DNA from: Gemmata obscuriglobus
GTDB lineage: Bacteria > Planctomycetota > Planctomycetia > Gemmatales > Gemmataceae
Reading direction: 5' to 3'
Length of the DNA stretch: 32,000 bases
Assembly: GCF_008065095.1 (NCBI RefSeq)
Contig: NZ_CP042911.1
Span: 5,550,001 to 5,582,000 of the forward strand
Shown one piece after another: positions 26,027-32,000 of the stretch; the first letter of the stretch is position 1; every line of letters begins with the position of its first letter. The notes below the pieces were generated by a model. The model searched no databases. It had not been told where the DNA came from and worked only from the letters and a program-made list of their open reading frames with translations. Position numbers and translations under genes: made by a program.

Positions 26027-27442
26027 ATGCGCCACGTCCTCGCGCTGACGCTGCTCGGTCTGACCGCCACACTGAGCGCCGCCGACAAAGACGAACTGTT
26101 CACCGCGAAACCGCTCACCGAGAAGAACAGCTTCACCCCCGGCATCGAGGGGCCGTGCTGCGACGCCGCGGGCAACTTGTACGTCGTGAACCTCAAGCTC
26201 AACGGCGACGGCACCAGGAAGAACGGCGACATCGCGGTGATCGCGCCCGGCGGCCAACCGAGCGTGTACATCGACCTGCCCGAAAAGAGCGTCGGTAACG
26301 GCATCGTGTTCGACACCAAGGGGTTCATGTACGTCGCCGATTACACCGGCCACAACGTCCTCAAAATCGATCCCAAAACCAAGGCAGTCGCGGTGTTCGC
26401 GCACGAGCCGACCGCCAACCAGCCCAACGACCTCGCGATCGCCCCGAACGGAACCTTGTACGCCTCCGACCCAAACTGGGCGAAGGGCACCGGACAGCTC
26501 TGGAAGGTCGCGACCGACGGAAAGTTCACCAAGGTGGCGGCCGACATGGGCACCACCAACGGGATCGACGTTTCGCCCGACGGCAAGATGCTCTACGTGA
26601 ACGAGAGCGCTCAGCGCAACGTGTGGTCGTTCCCTATCCAGGCTGATGGCACGCTCGGCGAAAAGAAGTTGCTCAAGAAGTTCGACGACCACGGCTTTGA
26701 CGGGATGCGCTGCGACGTGGACGGGAACCTGTACATCACGCGCTACGGCGCGGGCACGGTCGTGAAGATGTCGCCGGACGGCAAGATCCTGAAGGAGATC
26801 GATGTGCTCGGGAAGAAGCCGAGCAACATCTGCTTCGGCGGTCCCGACGGCCGGACCGCTTACGTCACGGAAGTCGAGTTCAACCGCGTGGTGACGTTCC
26901 GCGTGGACCGTCCGGGCCTTGCGTGGGCGCGGCTGCACGCGAAGGAAACCGGAACCGTAGAGCTGTTCAACGGCAAGGATCTGACCGGTTGGGGTTACAT
27001 GAAGGGTGCCACGTTTGAGGGGTTCGACGGAAAGACGGAATCGTCCGACAAGCGGTATTCTGCGAAGGACGGCGTACTCGTGGTGAACCCCGGTAAAGGC
27101 CTCAACCAACTGTGGACAGCCGCCAAGTTCCCGACGGACTTCGAGCTGCGCCTGGAGTTCCGCGCGGGGGTCAACGCGGACAGCGGGCTGTTCGTTCGCG
27201 GGCCGCAGTTGCAGGTGCGCGACTACCTCGTCGCCGGGCCGTACAAGAACCTCAAGAAGTACAAGCCCCAGGACTGGAACGAGATCGTGGTGGTGGTGCG
27301 GGGCGAGGTGGCGCACTGCACCTGCAACGGCGAGGTGCTGAACGACAAGATGAAGGTCCCCGCGACCGGCCCGATCGGGTTGGAGGCCGACCGCGGGCAG
27401 ATGGAGTACCGCAACATCCGCCTGAAGGAACTCAAGCCATAG
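26027..27442 (+). CDS. Secreted fusion protein: SMP-30/gluconolactonase/LRE-like beta-propeller + C-terminal DUF1080 (3-keto-disaccharide hydrolase-like) domain
   Basis: The ATG at 26027 gives the signal MRHVLALTLLGLTATLSA. Propeller blocks: PGIEGPCCDAAGNLYV, PNDLAIAPNGTLYASD, NGIDVSPDGKMLYV, DGMRCDVDGNLYIT. The C-terminus ELFNGKDLTGWGY...DGVLVV...DFELRLEFR...NADSGLFVRG...GPIGLEADRGQMEYRNIRLKEL is typical DUF1080. The 555 nt upstream that the ORF track includes is repeat-filled and not coding. Confidence 0.85.
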   Translation: MRHVLALTLLGLTATLSAADKDELFTAKPLTEKNSFTPGIEGPCCDAAGNLYVVNLKLNGDGTRKNGDIAVIAPGGQPSVYIDLPEKSVGNGIVFDTKGFMYVADYTGHNVLKIDPKTKAVAVFAHEPTANQPNDLAIAPNGTLYASDPNWAKGTGQLWKVATDGKFTKVAADMGTTNGIDVSPDGKMLYVNESAQRNVWSFPIQADGTLGEKKLLKKFDDHGFDGMRCDVDGNLYITRYGAGTVVKMSPDGKILKEIDVLGKKPSNICFGGPDGRTAYVTEVEFNRVVTFRVDRPGLAWARLHAKETGTVELFNGKDLTGWGYMKGATFEGFDGKTESSDKRYSAKDGVLVVNPGKGLNQLWTAAKFPTDFELRLEFRAGVNADSGLFVRGPQLQVRDYLVAGPYKNLKKYKPQDWNEIVVVVRGEVAHCTCNGEVLNDKMKVPATGPIGLEADRGQMEYRNIRLKELKP

Positions 27443-27532
27443 AGCGCGTAGCGGAATGAAATCCGCTTGGGGCAGCGCGGCCGGCCCGAGACGAGGGCGT
27501 GTCGCACCAACGCTCAATGGATGGGCAAAGAT

Positions 27533-27615
27533 GATTTTGACAGGATCGACAGGATAAACAGGATTTCAAATTAGTCTGCCTTCATCCGGTGAATCCTGTC
27601 GATCCTGTCAAAATC
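27533..27615. repeat. 23-bp perfect inverted repeat built from tandem 9-mers containing ACAGGAT, with a 37-nt loop
   Basis: GATTTTGACAGGATCGACAGGAT (27533-27555) and ATCCTGTCGATCCTGTCAAAATC (27593-27615). The left side reads gacaggatc/gacaggata/aacaggatt, three phased 9-mers. It sits between two convergent genes in a low-GC tract. Confidence 0.9.
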
Positions 27616-27737
27616 TGCCTTTATGAATACATGTGCCGGAACGAAGCCGCAACTCTTAATGCCACCCGCAAGTCGCACCTCTGGTTTAAATAATCATTTC
27701 AAATTTCACAAAATCGCCTGAACGAACCGACCCACGA

Positions 27738-28700
27738 TCAACTCACGAAGTACCGATACAGGTCTGCCGGCGTCACTGCCGGTGGTGCCGCGACCGCGAG
27801 CATGTGACTGGGGACGTACATTTCTGCCGTTTGCGCCGTCGGGCACATGACGACGTGCTGCGCGGTGATATCTTGGAGTACGCTCCGGCTCGTGAGTGCT
27901 TCCAGCGCCGGTGTGCCGGCGGCGTGCGCCGTCAGGTGTTCGTAGCGCGGGCACTCTTGCGGCCGTGACAACTTGCGGAAGTGGTTCGTCGCCACCAGCG
28001 GAGCCGAGCCGATCGGTCTGCGCGCGACCGCATCTTTGGTGGTACGCTCGATCACAACGCGCTCGTCGTTGCGCGACCCGACAACGGTAATGATCCCACC
28101 GGACATGAGCGGTTCACGCTCCACCATCTCGACGGCCTGACCGTAGTCCCGCGCGGTGTCGAGAACGTGCCGCAAGAACAGCAGCACCGGATATCCGCTC
28201 GGATCGAACCCGCCGAACGCGGCGTTCAGGCACAAACAGAACCCACGCCGCGAAAGCCCTGTCACCGCGCCGAGCATCCCCAGAAAGCCGGCGTTCACGC
28301 CGAACTCTTCGTTCACGAGACAACTGGCTTGCGCAACCTGGACCGGCGGGAACCAGTCCATGTTCCGGGCCAGCACCGGGCCACTCGGACCGGCCAGCGC
28401 GAGTGTCGAACACCCCATCGCGCTGGCGCCGAGTAAGAGGTCGTAGCAGATGTTTGTGGTCAGCAACTCAAGCGGTTCGACGCCCACGATCGCGGCGGCG
28501 ATGCGGGCACGTTCCGCGTGGGTCGGATATTTCGCGAACACGCTTTGCGCCACCCGGCCGACCGGCCCTAACTGGTTACAGAGTTCAAGTGTTGCCCGGA
28601 ACAGCGCCTTCGACCGGGCGATCTGCTCCGGCGGATGCGATTGGTCCGCGACAACCGGCACCGGCTCGTAGGTGTACCCCTCCCGGTTCGTGATTCGCAT
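27738..28700 (-). CDS. Peptidase C45 / acyl-CoA:6-aminopenicillanic-acid acyltransferase-like Ntn hydrolase
   Basis: GASAMGCSTLALAGPSGPVLARNMDW (putative nucleophile Cys after the autoprocessing site) and the following blocks fit the C45 family. The ATG at 28700 (MRITNREGY) is preferred. Confidence 0.75.
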   Translation of the reverse strand: MRITNREGYTYEPVPVVADQSHPPEQIARSKALFRATLELCNQLGPVGRVAQSVFAKYPTHAERARIAAAIVGVEPLELLTTNICYDLLLGASAMGCSTLALAGPSGPVLARNMDWFPPVQVAQASCLVNEEFGVNAGFLGMLGAVTGLSRRGFCLCLNAAFGGFDPSGYPVLLFLRHVLDTARDYGQAVEMVEREPLMSGGIITVVGSRNDERVVIERTTKDAVARRPIGSAPLVATNHFRKLSRPQECPRYEHLTAHAAGTPALEALTSRSVLQDITAQHVVMCPTAQTAEMYVPSHMLAVAAPPAVTPADLYRYFVS

Positions 28701-28839
28701 TGTGGGCTCCGTGCGGTGAGCGAAAATCATCATCACTCGGACGGTCACACACCACAATTTCGCCAGGCACGATGTCCGCTCAGCCGCACACTCGGTTAGG
28801 CTCTGTCCTTAACGCCACGACACCCAAGAAGACTTCGGT

Positions 28840-29346
28840 ATGAGTTACGCGCACAAGACAATGAAATCCCCGATCGGCGAACTCACGCTCGTGGGGAGCA
28901 AAAAAGGCTTGGTCGCGATTCTGTGGGAGGATGACAGTCCGCTCCGCGTGCGGATCGACATCGGCCCCAAAGAGGCTCGTCACCCGGTGCTGGTCGAAAC
29001 GGAGCGGCAGCTCAACGAGTACTTCGCGGGGATGCGCAAGGAGTTCTCGGTGCCGCTCGATTTCGTCACCGGCACCCCGTTCCAGCAGCAGGTGTGGCGG
29101 GCGCTGCTCGGCATCCCGTTCGGTGAGACCCGCAGTTACAGCGACCTCGCCCGGCAGATCGGGCGCCCCAAGGCCGTGCGCGCGGTCGGCGCGGCCAACG
29201 GGAAGAACCCCATCTCGATCATCGGTCCGTGCCACCGGGTGATCGGATCGTCCGGCAAGTTGACGGGGTATGCGGGCGGACTCGCCGCGAAGGCGCTGCT
29301 GCTCCAACTGGAAGGCGTGACGGGCTCTGCACTCGACAACGGATGA
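28840..29346 (+). CDS. ogt: Methylated-DNA--protein-cysteine S-methyltransferase
   Basis: FQQQVWRALLGIPFGETRSYSDLARQIGRPKAVRAVGAANGKNPISIIGPCHRVIGSSGKLTGYAGGL contains the diagnostic PCHRV active site. Confidence 0.9.
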   Translation: MSYAHKTMKSPIGELTLVGSKKGLVAILWEDDSPLRVRIDIGPKEARHPVLVETERQLNEYFAGMRKEFSVPLDFVTGTPFQQQVWRALLGIPFGETRSYSDLARQIGRPKAVRAVGAANGKNPISIIGPCHRVIGSSGKLTGYAGGLAAKALLLQLEGVTGSALDNG

Positions 29347-29376
29347 GTGGTAGCGTGGTAGCGTGGGGTGAAGCGC

Positions 29377-29442
29377 CACCCGCCGGCTGACACCGGCGGT
29401 TCGACAAACCACAGTCGAACCGCCGGTGTCAGCCGGCGGGTG
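29377..29442. repeat. 29-bp perfect inverted repeat with an 8-nt loop and nested arm hairpins; same family as 25526-25591
   Basis: CACCCGCCGGCTGACACCGGCGGTTCGAC (29377-29405), loop aaaccaca, then GTCGAACCGCCGGTGTCAGCCGGCGGGTG (29414-29442). Each arm holds CCGCCGG-nnnnnn-CCGGCGG. It lies between the convergent ogt and wza-like genes. Confidence 0.9.
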
Positions 29443-29478
29443 CAACCGACGCCGCCGAGAGGTTTAACCGGCTTCGCA

Positions 29479-30348
29479 TCACTGGTTGGCCGAGGGCAGC
29501 GCGGGCACCGGCACCGTTGCCCCGGTCGCGGGAGCGTACCCGCCAGCGGTCGGGCCGCACCCGCCACTGAAGCACGACACCTGCGGGCCGTCGCACGGGC
29601 CGGGCCGACGGTGCCGGCCGCCGAGGATGTCCTCGAACGTGCCCTTACTCGGGATGAACACGCGGTCGCCCGGCATGAGCTGGTAGTTCGTCGAGGTGTC
29701 GCCGAGCTGGACGATGTTCGTGTAGCACACCGGCAACACGATCCGGCAGCCCTCCGGGGCCGTGGGCCGCGACACAATGATGTTCTGCGGCGACGCCCGG
29801 CGCGTCGGGCCGCCGGCCTGGGTGATCGCCGACAGCACGGTGTCGTGCCCGGTGATCGGGAACGCGCCCGGCGCGTTCACCTCGCCCAGCACGTAAAACA
29901 CCTTTCCAGGTTTCGCGAGCAGGCGCACGGTAATCGCCACCGGCTCCCCTTCCTTCCCCTTCGATTTCGCCCGGATCGCTTCGCGGACCGCCACCTCCAC
30001 GTCCGGAAGGGTCTTACCCGCGACGACGGGCCGACCGTACTGGCCCAGGTCGATCGTCCCGTCGGGCTGAACCGGTTGGTCCGGCGGCAGGCGAACCGGC
30101 GAATCAAGCTCCACCGGCTGAACCAGTAAGGTGTCACCGGGCTCGACGACGTGCGCGGGCAACAGCCCCATCGCCAGTTCGCGCGGCACCGGGGCCGGAA
30201 CCGGCGCGGTGTCGCGAATGGCTTTCGCGTTCTTGTTCAGCGGGTTGGTCGGCGTGCTGAATCCCAGCGATTCGCCAATCGTCGAACACCCCGTGGCAAC
30301 CAACAGCCCCAAACTCAGGGCGATCGCGGCGTGGACGCGCGGTTTCAT
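29479..30348 (-). CDS. Polysaccharide export lipoprotein (Wza/Poly_export + SLBB-like)
   Basis: Lipoprotein signal MKPRVHAAIALSLGLLVATGC. VVEPGDTLLVQP...PDGTIDLGQYGRPVVAGKTLPDVEVAV is the Poly_export block. VFYVLGEVNAPGAFPITGHDTVLSAITQAGG and YQLMPGDRVFIPS are SLBB-like. Confidence 0.8.
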   Translation of the reverse strand: MKPRVHAAIALSLGLLVATGCSTIGESLGFSTPTNPLNKNAKAIRDTAPVPAPVPRELAMGLLPAHVVEPGDTLLVQPVELDSPVRLPPDQPVQPDGTIDLGQYGRPVVAGKTLPDVEVAVREAIRAKSKGKEGEPVAITVRLLAKPGKVFYVLGEVNAPGAFPITGHDTVLSAITQAGGPTRRASPQNIIVSRPTAPEGCRIVLPVCYTNIVQLGDTSTNYQLMPGDRVFIPSKGTFEDILGGRHRRPGPCDGPQVSCFSGGCGPTAGGYAPATGATVPVPALPSANQ

Positions 30349-30465
30349 AACACGGATCTCCTGTCCGGAATACCGGAAGTGCCAGTGTTATCGGCTCGCG
30401 CGAACGTACCGCTTCAATCGCCTGTTCCTCACTTCACCCAACTTCGCACGTTCCCTACAACCGTC

Positions 30466-32000
30466 CTATTTGCTGTTCATGGACCCGATGCCGGCGCCGA
30501 GCCCCAGCACCCCGGCGGCCTCCGCCGGAAGCACATACCTTGACAGGAAGAACCGCACGGCCTGATCGGTCAATAGTGCGCCCACGTTAACCTTGACCAC
30601 CGGGTTGCTGGTCTGACCGGTGATTGAGAGCCGCACCGTGCGGTTCGAAAGGAAGTCGCTCACATCCCGGATCAGCGTGACCGGGATCGGGCCGAATGTG
30701 GGCAACCGCAACCCGAAGAGGCGCAACCCGGGCACGTCCGGGCCGATCGTCCCGGTGTGCGCCACGACGTTCATATCGATCCGCCCGCCGGTCGTAATAG
30801 TCCCCTCCGCGAACAGTTGCGCGGACGGGTTCGCCAGCGCGAGCCGCTGCACGCGGAACACGCCGCCGCGGAGGCTACCCCGAACGTCGCCGGACTGGAA
30901 CGGCTTCACCAGCCCAGTGGTGTTCAAGAACGGCGTAACCTGCTGAAGAATCGGAATTTCGCGCACCGACGTGTTCGTGAGGGTCGCCAGCAGCGTGCCG
31001 TTCACATCGTCGATCGAGCGCACCCGGCTCCCCTGGAGGTCGAACCGACCGGTGATCCGACCATTACCGAGGAGGGCGTTTTCGCCCAGCGAAGGGGCGA
31101 TCGTGCGGATGGGTACGTCCACGAAGCGCACCTCCCCGTCGAGCCGCGCCTCGCGCCCCCAATCGAGCGTGAGGTGTGCCGTCGCCCGTCCGGAGCCGGC
31201 GTTCACCGTCCCCTCGCGGATCGCGAGCCGCCCGTAACCCCCGGCCGCACTGGCGAAGGTGAACGGCACCCGCAGGTCGGTGACCGGAACGCCCGAAACG
31301 CTACCGCGTGGCAGCGAGATCGTACCCGACCCGCGCACCTCGCTCCCGAGGCGCGCGTTGAGCATGAGGGACACCGGCCCGTCGATCAGGTCCCGCGAGT
31401 CGGCGCCGAGCGGTGCGAGGAGCTTCTTCGCGTCCGCACCGGTGAGCGTCACGGTGAAGTAGTTCCGCTGGGTTTGTTCGAGCCGCACGAGGCCGCGGGC
31501 ACGAAGCTCGCCGCCGGCAATACGGCCCCTCACCTCCGAAAGCTGTAGGATGTTGTCCCGGAGTACCAGCAAACCGATCAGCTCTTGCGAAACGATGTTG
31601 CTGCCCCACTCCAGGCGCGTGAGCGTGATGCGCCCGTTCCCGGCCGAGAGGTCGTTGTCGAAATCGAACGTGACATCCAGCCGGCCGCGAAGCGGCCGAA
31701 GTGCATCGAAGCCCAGCCCGCCGGCGACCCGCGACAGGTCCGCACCCATCAAGCGAAACGATCCGCGGTCACGCTTTCCGATGGGCGCCTTTTCGTCATC
31801 CTTCTTCAGCCCGGGGTAGCGCCCCTTGATCTCGAACGAGCCGCCGAGCGTCTTGCCCTCCAGCTCGTACTCTACCGCCCCGCCCTTCAACGCCGCTTTC
31901 CCGGCCAGGCGCTCTGCCGGGATGCCCTGCACCGTCAGTTTCGGCGCGCTGAGGTCCACGTCCAGGTTCCCGACGCGCGCCTGCCCCTCCTTCGCGGGCG
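30466..32000 (-). CDS. AsmA-like / TamB-like large envelope protein, C-terminal part; the gene continues beyond the window
   Basis: The frame stays open upstream of the listed GTG (31959) to nt 32000. The body is repetitive and beta-rich. The C-terminal block RLSITGQTSNPVVKVNVGALL resembles the AsmA_2 terminal motif (G.l.nP.v..d). The assignment is by pattern memory only. Confidence 0.5.
   Translation of the reverse strand, partial: PAKEGQARVGNLDVDLSAPKLTVQGIPAERLAGKAALKGGAVEYELEGKTLGGSFEIKGRYPGLKKDDEKAPIGKRDRGSFRLMGADLSRVAGGLGFDALRPLRGRLDVTFDFDNDLSAGNGRITLTRLEWGSNIVSQELIGLLVLRDNILQLSEVRGRIAGGELRARGLVRLEQTQRNYFTVTLTGADAKKLLAPLGADSRDLIDGPVSLMLNARLGSEVRGSGTISLPRGSVSGVPVTDLRVPFTFASAAGGYGRLAIREGTVNAGSGRATAHLTLDWGREARLDGEVRFVDVPIRTIAPSLGENALLGNGRITGRFDLQGSRVRSIDDVNGTLLATLTNTSVREIPILQQVTPFLNTTGLVKPFQSGDVRGSLRGGVFRVQRLALANPSAQLFAEGTITTGGRIDMNVVAHTGTIGPDVPGLRLFGLRLPTFGPIPVTLIRDVSDFLSNRTVRLSITGQTSNPVVKVNVGALLTDQAVRFFLSRYVLPAEAAGVLGLGAGIGSMNSK

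Overview
GC-rich bacterial chromosomal window (about two-thirds G+C by eye, not computed). Gene content and repeat style look Planctomycetota/Gemmataceae-like, which is an inference. I support about 22 protein genes, mostly housekeeping or metabolic:
- a phosphate ABC transporter with a non-canonical layout (pstB divergent from pstS and a fused pstC-pstA)
- an skp-lpxC-Gfo/Idh/MocA envelope cluster
- a MoxR AAA+ ATPase whose stop overlaps the start of an unknown 169-aa ORF
- acs and aguB
- a secreted GH2 glycosidase
- a co-directional aromatic-amino-acid-decarboxylase / SGNH sialate-O-acetylesterase / DAO-type flavoprotein trio
- an SMP-30::DUF1080 fusion
- a C45 Ntn-hydrolase and ogt
- a Wza-like exporter followed by an AsmA-like protein that runs off the right edge.

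There are two decay zones. Zone 6.9-8.7 kb holds an mscS C-terminal stub, a frameshifted and truncated DDE transposase, an IS630-type transposase remnant and a low-GC tract. Zone 12.5-13.4 kb holds a serpin N-terminal remnant, a long palindrome and an orphan small ORF. A partial ISKra4-like transposase sits at the left edge.

Intergenic DNA carries at least seven long perfect palindromes (15-32 bp stems). Several have arms that are themselves small hairpins, and one family is present twice with structure-preserving differences. I saw no rRNA, tRNA or CRISPR array.

Best novelty candidates, all unproven:
1. a tail-anchored HTH protein carrying an array of acidic (D/E)FEL-x-LD motifs (892-2547)
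2. the MoxR + overlapping unknown ORF pair (13423-14996)
3. the nested-palindrome repeat population, especially the 0.9-kb hairpin-dense divergent intergenic region at 25.1-26.0 kb.

No recognisable defence or toxin system was found.
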